The notes under the pieces: model-generated
The model's input: the letters and a program-made list of their open reading frames with translations, nothing else
What the model was told of the DNA's origin: nothing
The model's database searches: none
Translations under genes and position numbers: made by a program
Assembly (NCBI GenBank): GCA_041946805.1
Contig: JBHGBC010000008.1
Location: 16,991 to 80,990, forward strand
Source of the DNA: a bacterium
GTDB lineage: Bacteria; Hinthialibacterota; Hinthialibacteria; Hinthialibacterales; Hinthialibacteraceae
Reading direction: 5' to 3'
Length of the DNA stretch: 64,000 nt
Shown here: positions 18,679-29,294 of the stretch, piece by piece
How the letters are laid out: each line of letters begins with the position of its first letter
How positions within the stretch are numbered: position 1 is the first letter of the stretch

Positions 18679-21264
18679 ATGAGAACCGTTTCCCGTCCGG
18701 CTGGCTGGTTGGCATGGTTGATATTCGTGGCGGTGTGCGCCGGAATCCTTCCGGGCGCTGGCTGGGGCGCGAGCGTGGAGAAAGCCGCCGCGTCCGAATG
18801 CGATCCCCCCTTTGTGTATTCCCCCATCCGCGTCCTGGAGGCGCGGGATACCGCCAGCCGCGCGCAATGGACCGAGTTGATGATCGACGCCGGGGCGGGC
18901 GATCCCTCCCGGCCCGAGAATCAAATCCAGGCGGCGTGCCTGAAGGCCGTGCTGTTCGGCGGGGAGGAGCGCCTGACCCGGGCCGTTCAGACCTTCACCG
19001 ATTTACTGGGTGAATGGATCGAAGCGGGCCCCGCCGGGGAGCCGTTTCCCCCCCGGGGGGTGACACAACTCGCGCAATCCCTCGACTGGCTGTCGGCCAC
19101 CCCCGAATGGCTTAAAACCGGCCTGCCGGAGCGGCAGGCGCTGCGGGACCGGTACGCGGAGCGGGTCCGCCCCATTTTTTCATCCGCCCCGGACGGCTTG
19201 GTTGAGGATGCCCGGTATCATTTTCAGGCGGCGAAGCTGTATGCGGGGTTGATCGCGGGCGCGACCGCCTGGGTGGAGGAGAGCCTGCGAGGCAACGAGA
19301 AAATCCCGGGGCTGGAGGCCGCCGCCCGCCAGGCGCTGACCAGCGAGGGTCGGCTGGCTTCGGGAACGCTGCAGCGGCATTCGGAAACCGGATGCGATTT
19401 TCTCCTGGCCGGGGCGGCCCTGAAATCGTGCTCGCCCGAGGCGTATGCCGCCCTGGAGCCGCTCCTGCAGAAAACGGTCACCGTGCTGACGGCGCTCGCC
19501 TATCCTTCCAGCCGTTTCCCGGCGGTGCTGACGCGGGAGAAAACCGGCGGGCAGGAACTGATCCGCTTTCTCGAAATCGGCTACGCGCTGTTTCCCGATC
19601 CCAATCTGCGCAACCTCCTGGTGGAGTTATACAAAACGAATCCCCGCCGGCCGGAATCCCTGCTCTTTTCCGAATCCAGCCTATTGGCGGGAGGGCCGCC
19701 GGGGGCGGTTCCCTCGATCGCGATGCCGCAAACCGGCGCGGCGGTGATTCATGATGTTTCGGACAAAATCCCCCTGTCGCTGTATCTCGACACCGGTTTG
19801 TCGGGACGGACCGGGCCGTCCGCCCTGCTTGCCATCGAATGGATGGGTCCGCCCGCGCCGCGGGTTACGCGAAATGAATCATCTACCGCCGAGTTCAACA
19901 CGGTGGTGGTTGACCGGATGTCTCAATCCGCCGCGCCCGAGAGTATGGACGCGCCACGCAACGCCTTGCTCGGGTCATGGAAATCCTTCGAGGATGGAAC
20001 CACCTACGTCAAGGCGGTGGCGGACGGCCACTACACCGAGCGCGCGGCCTATCCCGCGTCCGCGGACGGCGCGCCCGTGACGACGTATGAGCGGACGCTG
20101 TATCTCTCGTCGCCCTTCGCGGTGGACCTGTTCCGGGTCCGGGGCGGCCGGATGCACGATTGGATCTACCACGCGCCCGCGCCGCTTGAATCGCTGGCGG
20201 GTGGCGAATGGGCGGACTATAAAGCGGAAGCGGAGGATTACGCCTTCGTCCGGGACGCGGCGGGATTCATGCGGACCGCGTCGCCGCAAGGAGTGTACGG
20301 TCTCGTGTACAAGCCCGTGGGAGAGAAAAATCTCCGGGAGCGGGTGTGGTTCATCGATCCCGTGGGGACCCAATTGATCACGGGCGAGGCGGGCGGCGGC
20401 TCGTTTGTCATCGCCCGCCGGAATATGGAAGGGGACGAAGGCGATCTCTACGCCGTGTTTCATGATTGGTCCGCGGGCGAGGCCCCGGACATCAAGATTA
20501 CCCAGCTGGCTCTCGATCCGCGGCCCAACCGGCGCGATTTCCAGGCGGTGGCGTTCACGGTTCATTCGGGAAGCGAAACGCATTTATTCCTGTCGTCCAC
20601 CAATCCCGAGGTTTCATACTCGGCGAATTACCTCAACCAGCGGATCGTCTTCCAGGGCGGCTTCGGGCACATCCGCCTGCAAAACGGCTCGTTCGCCTCC
20701 ATGCGCCTCCTGGACGGAACCAACCTGCGTTACGGCGCCCATGGCCTCTCCTTCGCTACTCCGCTGACCGTGGGCGTGACGCGGCGGATTAACGAGGCGG
20801 AAAGCTGGGTGGAGCTGGACATCCCCGGCCTCTTGCCCTTCGGCCCCGCGGCGCGCAACACTTCCGTGCTGGTGCTGTCGAACGATCCCGCGCCGGTAAT
20901 GTACCAACCGCTGATTCTCGACCGCATCGACGAGGGCGAACCGCCGCAAAAGGCCCGTTTGCTCCTGTCGCCCAACCTGCTGCATCCGCTCCCCGGCCTC
21001 GGCGCGCCCGTGAAGCCCGGGGATCCGGTGATGTACGGCCCCGCGGCGGAACTCACGCGCCTGCATCCCGACGTGTACGCGCTGACGTATACCGCCCCCG
21101 CGGACGTCATGGTGGAAGGAGCCACGGACCGGACCCGCGTCTTCTTGCACAAGGCCGAAGTGCTCTATCAAATCCGGGGCGAAGCCAGCGCCGGCGCGAT
21201 TCATTTTTCCGTGAAGCCGATTGAAAGCCGGGAAGGGCGGATCGAATTCGCCCGGATCCCCTGA
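18679..21264 (+). CDS. Secreted heparinase II/III-like (PL alpha/alpha + beta-sandwich) protein, catalytic motifs degenerate
   Basis: Signal peptide; helical N-half; NTVVVD and YERTL..VDLFRVRGGRMHDWIYH blocks typical of heparinase II/III-like proteins. Confidence 0.6.
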   Translation: MRTVSRPAGWLAWLIFVAVCAGILPGAGWGASVEKAAASECDPPFVYSPIRVLEARDTASRAQWTELMIDAGAGDPSRPENQIQAACLKAVLFGGEERLTRAVQTFTDLLGEWIEAGPAGEPFPPRGVTQLAQSLDWLSATPEWLKTGLPERQALRDRYAERVRPIFSSAPDGLVEDARYHFQAAKLYAGLIAGATAWVEESLRGNEKIPGLEAAARQALTSEGRLASGTLQRHSETGCDFLLAGAALKSCSPEAYAALEPLLQKTVTVLTALAYPSSRFPAVLTREKTGGQELIRFLEIGYALFPDPNLRNLLVELYKTNPRRPESLLFSESSLLAGGPPGAVPSIAMPQTGAAVIHDVSDKIPLSLYLDTGLSGRTGPSALLAIEWMGPPAPRVTRNESSTAEFNTVVVDRMSQSAAPESMDAPRNALLGSWKSFEDGTTYVKAVADGHYTERAAYPASADGAPVTTYERTLYLSSPFAVDLFRVRGGRMHDWIYHAPAPLESLAGGEWADYKAEAEDYAFVRDAAGFMRTASPQGVYGLVYKPVGEKNLRERVWFIDPVGTQLITGEAGGGSFVIARRNMEGDEGDLYAVFHDWSAGEAPDIKITQLALDPRPNRRDFQAVAFTVHSGSETHLFLSSTNPEVSYSANYLNQRIVFQGGFGHIRLQNGSFASMRLLDGTNLRYGAHGLSFATPLTVGVTRRINEAESWVELDIPGLLPFGPAARNTSVLVLSNDPAPVMYQPLILDRIDEGEPPQKARLLLSPNLLHPLPGLGAPVKPGDPVMYGPAAELTRLHPDVYALTYTAPADVMVEGATDRTRVFLHKAEVLYQIRGEASAGAIHFSVKPIESREGRIEFARIP

Positions 21265-21348
21265 CGGCGGGAACCTTCATTCTCCCTTGATGAACGCGGG
21301 ACATCTCGGCCATACTTTGCTATCCAACATGGGAGGGAGAAGCGCGAT

Positions 21349-21660
21349 ATGCCGGTTTTGCTTTTGGTGGCGGGACTTTTCTGCGGCCCGGCGCACGGAT
21401 TTTTCTGGGATTCGGGAATAGGGCCGGCGGCTTGGGAGCCAGCCGCGGGATTCCCTTTCATGGACATGCTGTTTCCTCTACCCCTCGCCGCGCAATCCAG
21501 CCCGGCGGAAGGGCCGGACAGCTGGCCATTGGGAGGCCAGAAGAGCGATACGGGCCCCCTGATCGTCTTCGCCGCCGGCATTGCCTTGTTTTTAGTGGCC
21601 TATCTGTTTGTCCGGGCGCAGCCTTCATCCAAAAAACGCAAGAAGAAAAAATTCTTCTAG
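21349..21660 (+). CDS. Small hypothetical protein with C-terminal TM helix and basic tail
   Basis: GGGAGGGAG RBS; signal-like N-terminus; LIVFAAGIALFLVAYLFV followed by KKRKKKKFF. Confidence 0.5.
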   Translation: MPVLLLVAGLFCGPAHGFFWDSGIGPAAWEPAAGFPFMDMLFPLPLAAQSSPAEGPDSWPLGGQKSDTGPLIVFAAGIALFLVAYLFVRAQPSSKKRKKKKFF

Positions 21661-21687
21661 GGAGCGCCCAGAAGCCCAGGGGGTTGT

Positions 21688-22866
21688 TTGATGCCCGCCA
21701 TGCCGGTCAAACTCGTCTTTCCATGGGGGATTGTGCTGGCGTTCTCCCTCACGGTGGTGTTTTTTTCCCCAAGCCCCCGGACGGCGCCGCGTTTCAATGA
21801 TATCCTCCAGCGTGTCCCGACCGTCCCGGCCGCGGCTTTCGATTCTCTCCACCGCGCCGCGGACGACTCTATCCAATTTCAATGGCATGCTTTGAATCCC
21901 GCCCCCGGATCGCTGGACGCAAGCCGCATCGCGGAACTGTATTTCCAATTCGGTGAAGCGATTCTGTCCCGGCCGGACACCGGATTCCTCCCGGTGGCGC
22001 GGGATCAATTCTTGCAGGCCGCTGCTTTGTACCCCCCGCTGCGGCAAGGATGGGTGTATTTTCAAATCGGCCGCACGCTGGAGTTGATCGGCCCGCCGTT
22101 TCTGGATGATGCCCAATCGTATTATTCCCTCGTCTCGATCTACAATCCGGGACGCCTGGCTCTATTGGCCGGCTACCGCATCTCGTTGATCGGCCTCCGC
22201 ATCCACACGGAACCGCTCGATCCCAAACCGCTTTACCAGTATGTCCGGTTTTACTCGCGGGATGCCGGCAACGACCTCGCACCGTTCGCGGAAGCGACGT
22301 TCCCCGGCCGGGAGGAAGGGGAATACCTCAACGCCCTCCTCGCATTCCGGGCCGGTATGATGGAAAAGGCGGCCGCCGCGCTGGAACGGTATCTCGCCCT
22401 CCAACCCTCCGATCCCAGCGCCGGGTATTACCGGGACCGGATCACCGGCCGCGCGATGCAAGCGATGTATCCGGCGGACGGGGATTTGCTGGCCTCGTGC
22501 TACGCCCCCAAGGCCTATCGCGACGGATTTTTTTATCTGCCCCATGACGGGTACATTTTAATGGATTTGTATGTTCCCGTTCCCGATCCCCACGGGCTGG
22601 CCGTCACGCTGCGGCTGGAAAAACCCTGGTCCGGCCCCGCGCGGATTTCGGTCACGCTGAATAACGATGTCCATACGGTGTCGTTCCAACCGGAAGCAAG
22701 CCGGAACGGGCAGGATCTCGTTTTCCGTTTCGACTCGGTCCAGGAACGCAATCTCCTGCAATGCCACGTCTTCATGGAGAGGGAAGAAACCGTTTCGCCC
22801 CAACCGCCGCTGCTCCATGTGCGGTCGTTGCAAGCCGGCCTGGTTCCCCGGGAGACGGCGCGGTGA
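21688..22866 (+). CDS. Hypothetical membrane-anchored TPR-like protein
   Basis: N-terminal TM, TPR-like helices (AAAALERYLALQPSDPSAGYY), beta-rich C-terminus; 4-nt overlap with the flippase. Confidence 0.6.
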   Translation: MMPAMPVKLVFPWGIVLAFSLTVVFFSPSPRTAPRFNDILQRVPTVPAAAFDSLHRAADDSIQFQWHALNPAPGSLDASRIAELYFQFGEAILSRPDTGFLPVARDQFLQAAALYPPLRQGWVYFQIGRTLELIGPPFLDDAQSYYSLVSIYNPGRLALLAGYRISLIGLRIHTEPLDPKPLYQYVRFYSRDAGNDLAPFAEATFPGREEGEYLNALLAFRAGMMEKAAAALERYLALQPSDPSAGYYRDRITGRAMQAMYPADGDLLASCYAPKAYRDGFFYLPHDGYILMDLYVPVPDPHGLAVTLRLEKPWSGPARISVTLNNDVHTVSFQPEASRNGQDLVFRFDSVQERNLLQCHVFMEREETVSPQPPLLHVRSLQAGLVPRETAR

Positions 22867-24293
22867 GCTCCATCCTGCGGAACTCCATCTTCATGGGCTT
22901 GTTCAACCTCTTTGGACGCGCCTCGGGCTTGATCCGTTACTGGCTGCTGGTGGCCTTTTTGTCCAAGGCCGATTTCGCGCTGATCACTTATTCGTTTTAT
23001 GTGGGACGGCTGGGCCGTCATTTCATGGACGGAGGGCTGGACAATCTGATCTCCCGGGACGGCGCGCGCACGCACGGCAAGATCGCCGATTACCTCTTCC
23101 ACGGCTTGTTGCTCAAGGCCATTCTGGGGGGGTTGTTCGGCGTGGGGGTGTTCTTTTACCTGGCCTTCACCCGGGAAAAAAGTTGGAGCGAATTGGGAGT
23201 GATCTACATCTCGCTGGCGGGCTCGGCCATGCTGTCCCTGACCGGCGTGCTCCGCAGCGGCTTCACCGCCGCCGAGCGGATGGAATACGTCTTTTACACC
23301 AACCTGCCCGCCCGGATGATCTCCATATTCCTCTTGTTTCTCACCGTGTATTTCTCCCTGCCCTTGGCGGCGGCCGCGGGAGCGGTGTCCCTGGAAAACT
23401 TCATCTGGTTCTACCTGCTGGCCTCGGCCGGATTGCGTTTTTTTTCATTCCTCACGCCGGTTTCGTTTTCCACCATCAAATACATGCTCGCCGAGTCCTG
23501 GTCGCTGGCGTTGTACGGATTTTTCAATGTCTTCTATCTCAGCCTGGACGTCATGATGATCGAATACCTCATGGGCGGGGACGAGGCGGTCGCCCCCTAC
23601 ACCTACGCCAGCCTCTTGATCGAGGGCGTGACCATGATGGTCTCGGGCTACCTGATCGCCATCTACCCGGCCTTGTCGCGGTATTATCAAGCAGATGAAG
23701 CAGCGTACCGCGCCCTGTTCCGGCAATCGGTGATCGTGCTGCTCTCCATCACGGTCCCCATTTCAGTGCTGCTGGCGGGGTGGTCGTATGGCTGGATGAA
23801 TTTCATCCGGGAGACGGGCCTGGTCTCCAGCCAGGTCTTGGCGGTGCTGGCGGCCACGTTGAATCTGTCGGTGCTCAATACGCTGATTATCGTGGTCTTC
23901 ACGTCCCGCCACCGGCAGCGTTGGCTGGTGGCGTTCACCGGCGGAGCGGTGCTGATTTCGTTTTTGACGAACTGGGTCATGATCGTGTGGTACGGGCAGG
24001 TGGGCGCAGCCGCCGCGTCGTTCCTGTCGCAACTGATTCTCTTGATCGCCATGGGGTGGATCGCTTGGCGCCTGTTCGCCTTGCCCATTCCAGCCGGCAA
24101 GGCGGGTGGGATTCTGCTGGTTTCCCTCCTGGCCGGGGGCATCACCCGCCTGATCCCCGGCCTGCACCTCTTGGCCGTGCCCTTCGTTTACGGGATTTTC
24201 CTGTTGGGGCTCGCCCGCCTTCTAGGGGTGATGACGCCGGAGGAAATGTCGAACATCCTCAACACGGTGAGACGGCGTGGAATCGCAAAGTGA
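22863..24293 (+). CDS. Oligosaccharide flippase (Wzx/MOP superfamily)
   Basis: GTG start overlapping the upstream stop; SILRNSI N-terminus, D.GL...ISRDGA, LDVMMI, YGQVGAAAAS, about 14 TM helices. Confidence 0.85.
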   Translation: MSSILRNSIFMGLFNLFGRASGLIRYWLLVAFLSKADFALITYSFYVGRLGRHFMDGGLDNLISRDGARTHGKIADYLFHGLLLKAILGGLFGVGVFFYLAFTREKSWSELGVIYISLAGSAMLSLTGVLRSGFTAAERMEYVFYTNLPARMISIFLLFLTVYFSLPLAAAAGAVSLENFIWFYLLASAGLRFFSFLTPVSFSTIKYMLAESWSLALYGFFNVFYLSLDVMMIEYLMGGDEAVAPYTYASLLIEGVTMMVSGYLIAIYPALSRYYQADEAAYRALFRQSVIVLLSITVPISVLLAGWSYGWMNFIRETGLVSSQVLAVLAATLNLSVLNTLIIVVFTSRHRQRWLVAFTGGAVLISFLTNWVMIVWYGQVGAAAASFLSQLILLIAMGWIAWRLFALPIPAGKAGGILLVSLLAGGITRLIPGLHLLAVPFVYGIFLLGLARLLGVMTPEEMSNILNTVRRRGIAK

Positions 24294-25092
24294 TTAACGA
24301 AGGGCAGGGATAGAAAATCAGGAAGGCTTACGCGCGCATGCGCAGGGATGGCCACTCCGGAAGACTTCAGGTTCCAGAATCAATCCCGTCCAGAAAGGAT
24401 TTTCGTTATCGCCCGGCCATCAATCTGCCGGATATCGGAGCCGATTTCTAGCGGCTGGCAGGTCAAGGCCTGAGTCCGTTAGATCCGGATGCCATCGAAA
24501 TGCAACGTTGGAGAGGATTTTTGCATTCCCAGGGGGAAGGGAAAACTCATTTCCGCCGCCGTGAAAAAATCGGCAGGTTCTACAATAAAATCGTAAAGTA
24601 TGTAAATTTAAAAAATTTGCATATATTTTATGGCGTGTAGCTTACCAATAGAGAAGTTTTTCCCTCTTTGGCAAAATACCGGAAGCATCACACCCATATC
24701 CCGATGTATCGCCCCAGGAAGAGCTTCCCATGAACGCCAATGATATGGAAACCCGTATAGCCGAAGTCCGCGAAGGATGCGAGAGCCTGTGTGAGCCGGT
24801 CCGGCGGAATACGGAACAGCACGATTCCGGGAGCGTGGCCGGATATCGATTCGACGGGTGGGAGAGAGCCCCCCGAAATCCCCTCTCCCTCTGGGGAGGG
24901 AATCGTTGCCTGTTCACATCCCTGCTCATACCGCGAATCAAGCACGGAGAAAGTTCCGCATTCGGATCAAATATGTAAAGCTACTTTGGAAAAATCCAAC
25001 AGAATCTAAAATCTGGATCATCATAATATGAAAATCACTCCTCTGTTCATTTTTACGGTTCATTCGGGAAGTGCGTACATCATGAGGTAAAA

Positions 25093-25270
25093 TCGATTCC
25101 ATTCACTCCGGGATGAGGTCGGACACCCAGGTCCGCCCCGGCAAAAATTCCCTCACTCTATCCTTCTCCCAGAGGGAGAGGGAATTTGGGAGGTGGTTTT
25201 CATCGATCATATCGAAGAGATGCGCACCGGCGATCGGAAAAAAAGTACGCACTTGACGGATGAGCCATTT
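25093..25270 (+). repeat. Second copy of the about 175-bp degenerate repeat
   Basis: See 18295-18470. Confidence 0.85.
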
Positions 25271-25361
25271 TTACTATCCAGTTTGAAACGTTCCCAAGTC
25301 CCTTTTTCTCATCACCCTGTTTTGGGATACTGTCCCCAACATCACTCGTGGGAGGTTCACC

Positions 25362-27563
25362 ATGCGCCTGGTTTACCGAAAAGCCGTTGGGATGCTGCTG
25401 GGAGTGACCGCCTTGATATTATCCGGAGCGGGTGGGAGTCCGGCGCAACCGATCACCGTTACTGAAAAGCCCAAGACTTGGACGCTGCGTACGGATTCGT
25501 CCGTCTATCAATTGGCGGTAGCCAGCGACGGCGTGGTGATTCCCGTCTATTACGGGCCCGCCGCCGATTGGCTGGCCGCCCACGACGCGCCATTGCGAGT
25601 GAACAACAAGGTGGGCAGCGAAATCCGCGAAGTCCCCTTCCGGGGCGGATTCGTCAACCAGACTCCCGCCTTGGAAGTGGTTTTCGCCGAGCGCACCCGC
25701 GACACCGAACTGGTCTTTGTCCGGGATGAAATCGTGGAACAGGACGGCTATCCCGCATTGCGCCTGGAAATGGAAGACAAGGCTTATGGTTTGCATGTCA
25801 CGGAATGGATCCGGCTGATCCCCGAATTGGATCTGATCCAAAAGTGGCTCGAACTCCACAACGCCGGGGGGCAGCCCGTCCATGTGGAGAATGCGCAGTC
25901 GGGTTCCGTCTGGCTGCAGCCGGACGAATACGATCTCTATCACCTTAGCGGGCGCTGGGGCTGGGAGTGCATGCTGCAGAAAACCCGGCTCACCCCAGGA
26001 GTTAAAACCTTGCAGACCCGCACGTTCCGGTTTTATGAGAATCCTCCCTGGTTCGCCGTGGGCCCGGCCGGGGCGGTGAGCGAAACCGAGGGCAACGTCT
26101 GGTTCGGCGGGGTGGAGTGGACCGGTGATTTCCGGCTCGATTTCGATAAAAAAATAGCCGGGCAGTTGCAAATCGTGGGCGGGATCAACTTCTGGGACGC
26201 CGCCTGGACGCTACGCCCCGGCGAGACCTTCACCACACCCAAGATCCTGTTCGGCTTTTCGCGGGAAGGCCTGGGCGGCGTGTCGCACCGTTTGCACGAC
26301 TACGCCCGGCAGCATTTGCTGCGCCCCCGGTTCCGGCAGCAGGTCCGGCCCTTGCTCTACAACAGCTGGTACGCCACCACCTTCAACATCACCGAGGCGC
26401 AGCAACTGGCGTTGGCCGATGTGGCCAAGGATCTGGGCGTCGAACTCTTTGTGATCGATGACGGCTGGTTCAAGGGCCGCAAGGACGACCTCGCCGGGCT
26501 GGGCGACTGGGTGGTGGACCCGGAGAAATTCCCCAACGGCCTGCGGCCCATGATTGAAAAGATCCGCCGGAAAGGCATGGAGTTCGGTATCTGGGTGGAG
26601 CCGGAGATGGTCAATCCGGATAGTGATCTCTACCGCGCCCATCCTGATTGGGCGTTCCATTATCCCACCCGGATCCGGCATGAAAGCCGTAACCAGCTGA
26701 TGCTCAACCTCGCCCGCGAGGACGTGTATCAATACCTGCTCGATTCGCTCTCCACCCTGCTGCGCGAGAATCCCATCTCGTTCATCAAGTGGGACTACAA
26801 CCGCGACCTGGCCGATCCCGGCTGGCCGGACGCCGATCCGGACACCCAGCGCGAGGTGCGTATCCGCTATTTCTATAACCTGAACCGGTTGGTGCGAGAA
26901 TTGGAGAACCGTTTCCCTGATGTCTGGTTCGAATGCTGTTCGGGCGGCGGCGGGCGCATCAGCTACGGCTGGCTCAGCCAGATGGACCAGTTCTGGACCA
27001 GCGACAACACCGATCCCGCCGACCGGGTGATGATCCAATACGGCTACCTGCACGGCTTCCCCGCCTGCGCCATGGTGGGCTGGATCACCAACGAGGACTG
27101 GCACAGCGCCAGGCCCTCGTTGAAGTTCCGCTTTCATTCCTCCATGTGCGGCGTGTTGGGCATCGGCGAGGACCTCACGAAATGGAACGCGGACCAACGG
27201 CGGGAAGCCGCCGGATTGGTCCAGTTATACAAGGAGATCCGGCCGGTGGTGCAGTTCGGCGATGTCCACCGGTTGATCTCGCCTTTCGAGACCACCCGCG
27301 CGGCGCTGGAATACGTGACAAAGGATGCCTCCGAAGCGGTGGTGTTTCTCTTCAACCTGCAGGAAACCTTGCCCGGGAGCACACCCACCAGCCGCATGTA
27401 TCAGTCCGTCCGCCTCCGGGGATTGGATCCCCAGGCGGAATATGAAGTCACAGGCGATACTCGAACCTTGAAAGCCACGGGCGAGACGCTCATGAACGCG
27501 GGCATCCCCTGGATTCCCCGGGGGAACTACAGCAGCGCCTTGCTCCGGGTAAAAAAGAGGTAA
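25362..27563 (+). CDS. Secreted alpha-galactosidase, glycoside hydrolase family 36
   Basis: YNSWYA, FVIDDGWF, FGIWVEPEMVN, IKWDYNR (nucleophile), CCSGGGGR, WTSDNTD (acid/base); signal peptide. Confidence 0.93.
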   Translation: MRLVYRKAVGMLLGVTALILSGAGGSPAQPITVTEKPKTWTLRTDSSVYQLAVASDGVVIPVYYGPAADWLAAHDAPLRVNNKVGSEIREVPFRGGFVNQTPALEVVFAERTRDTELVFVRDEIVEQDGYPALRLEMEDKAYGLHVTEWIRLIPELDLIQKWLELHNAGGQPVHVENAQSGSVWLQPDEYDLYHLSGRWGWECMLQKTRLTPGVKTLQTRTFRFYENPPWFAVGPAGAVSETEGNVWFGGVEWTGDFRLDFDKKIAGQLQIVGGINFWDAAWTLRPGETFTTPKILFGFSREGLGGVSHRLHDYARQHLLRPRFRQQVRPLLYNSWYATTFNITEAQQLALADVAKDLGVELFVIDDGWFKGRKDDLAGLGDWVVDPEKFPNGLRPMIEKIRRKGMEFGIWVEPEMVNPDSDLYRAHPDWAFHYPTRIRHESRNQLMLNLAREDVYQYLLDSLSTLLRENPISFIKWDYNRDLADPGWPDADPDTQREVRIRYFYNLNRLVRELENRFPDVWFECCSGGGGRISYGWLSQMDQFWTSDNTDPADRVMIQYGYLHGFPACAMVGWITNEDWHSARPSLKFRFHSSMCGVLGIGEDLTKWNADQRREAAGLVQLYKEIRPVVQFGDVHRLISPFETTRAALEYVTKDASEAVVFLFNLQETLPGSTPTSRMYQSVRLRGLDPQAEYEVTGDTRTLKATGETLMNAGIPWIPRGNYSSALLRVKKR

Positions 27564-27650
27564 TCAGTCCGTGGGGGATGATACCCCCAACCATCCCTGC
27601 CGGGGCGGGGGAGGGAAGTGTTTTCAAGTCCATGCGGGAGGGAATTTCGC

Positions 27651-28928
27651 TTACGCCGGGGGGGCTTTGGGGGATGTCCGGCGTTTACGGGCGGCGAATT
27701 CGGGCGCTTCCTTGATGCACTCGCCCAGAATCTTCACCCCCTGCCACAAGAGGCCGCTGGTGGCGCGCACGAAGCCCGCCGGGGCCGGGCCGAGTTCCGT
27801 AAAACCGCGCTCATCGGGCGTCAGTTTCTCCCAGTTGTGGAACAGCCGCCCCCATTGGCCCTGTAGAACCTGGTGCACGCGGCGGTTGCCGAACTTGGGA
27901 TACCAATACATATCGTGATAAAGCACGCTGGCAATGTACGCCCAGGGAGCCATCCAGGTTTTCAGCGACCATTCGATGAAAGACTTGAGCCGGCCCCAGT
28001 AGATCTGGTGCTGCATCCGCGCGGCGAAGGTCAGATGCTTGAAGGGGCCTTCGAATTGCCAGTTTTCGTTGGCGGCCTCGAGGTCGCCCACGATTTCGAT
28101 CTGTTTCGGATCCCCACAGCCCAAACCCAGGTCATGCGCCAGGCGGATGAATTTGATCTGCATCGGATCGAAACCCATCAGCCGGGCGGCCACCGCGTCG
28201 ATGGCCACCGGATCGGCCGAGGCCAGGATCACGTTCTTTTCATGCGGGACCATGCAACGGGGGCCAGGGCCGTCGCCGGCGAAGGCGCCATCCATCACCG
28301 CGAACAGGCCGCGGTGGATCTTCTTCTGGATCATCAGCAGATCCACCAGGGTCTCGTGGATCACCGGGTGGGTCCAATGGCGGCGTTCATTGAGCAGGCC
28401 GCCAAAGGCGTTTTTCATTGCCCCGGTGGTGGTGGTGAAGACATGGGTTTTCACCGTGGGCAGGTGGATGATGTTTTCGCCGATGAACCGTTTGGGAATC
28501 GAAAAGCCGTTGGGGTAGACCTCGTTGAGGCACAGGAACTTTTGCGTCAGATCGCCCACCGCCTCGCGGATATCGATCCACTCCTCGCCCTCATAGAGGT
28601 GGATGTTGCGCAGGTTATGCGCCTCCAGGACGTTGATCTGCTTGTTTTCCCGCTCGCCGAAATGCGCGTCGATCACCACCGTGCGGTTGTGGCAGCCGTG
28701 GATGAGTTCCGGCCGGTACCCGTCCTGGAGCATGGCGCGGACCACGCCCTCGAGCTGCCAGGGAGTGGTGGAAGCCGCGGGATAAAAGAAATGCCAACTG
28801 ATGTTGATCTTGAGCGCGGTGTCGGCGGCCCGATCGATCACGGACTGATAACCGGCTAGATTTAACAGGTTGTGATAATCCTCGAACACCGTGCGCGGTG
28901 AGGTTTTGAGAATCGCGACTTTGGACAC
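27651..28928 (-). CDS. DUF362 family (putative Fe-S) protein
   Basis: ALKINISW, LPTVKTHVFTTTTGAMKNAFG, MDGAFAGDGPGP, ASADPVAIDAVAARLMGFDP. Confidence 0.85.
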   Translation of the reverse strand: MSKVAILKTSPRTVFEDYHNLLNLAGYQSVIDRAADTALKINISWHFFYPAASTTPWQLEGVVRAMLQDGYRPELIHGCHNRTVVIDAHFGERENKQINVLEAHNLRNIHLYEGEEWIDIREAVGDLTQKFLCLNEVYPNGFSIPKRFIGENIIHLPTVKTHVFTTTTGAMKNAFGGLLNERRHWTHPVIHETLVDLLMIQKKIHRGLFAVMDGAFAGDGPGPRCMVPHEKNVILASADPVAIDAVAARLMGFDPMQIKFIRLAHDLGLGCGDPKQIEIVGDLEAANENWQFEGPFKHLTFAARMQHQIYWGRLKSFIEWSLKTWMAPWAYIASVLYHDMYWYPKFGNRRVHQVLQGQWGRLFHNWEKLTPDERGFTELGPAPAGFVRATSGLLWQGVKILGECIKEAPEFAARKRRTSPKAPPA

Positions 28929-29294
28929 GATACGATGCTTCCTTCCTGCGTGCTGAAAACGGGACAGGGCAGGTTCGCCACGGGATGCTTCACACCTCCG
29001 CGTGAAGCCAACGGGCCCCTGCCCGGTTTGCGGGGGGCGGCAGGCAACCGAGGTTTTTCAATCCAATATCCCACCCTCGATCATCCCATCTGACGCGGAA
29101 ATCCCCCCCTCTTCCTAGAGTATAGTGAGGCGGGAGGGCAAGACAATGGGCAGGGGGAGGAAGAAGGAACACGAGATCCCTTCCCTCCACCTTTCCGGTG
29201 ACCGGAGTGCGGTCCGGCCACCGGATAAACTGGAGGGAATCACTCGTTCAGCATCCAGAACACGATGGTCCGGGAATCGTTCCCGGAGGTATTT

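Noticed and set aside
21349..21660. PEP-CTERM/LPXTG-type sorting signal
   Set aside because: It has a TM helix and basic tail but no recognisable signature motif before the helix, and there is no second example.
24730..24978. ECF sigma factor N-terminal remnant (RIAEVREGCESL..VRR)
   Set aside because: Weak similarity, no region 2 or 4 motifs, and interrupted by a REP hairpin.
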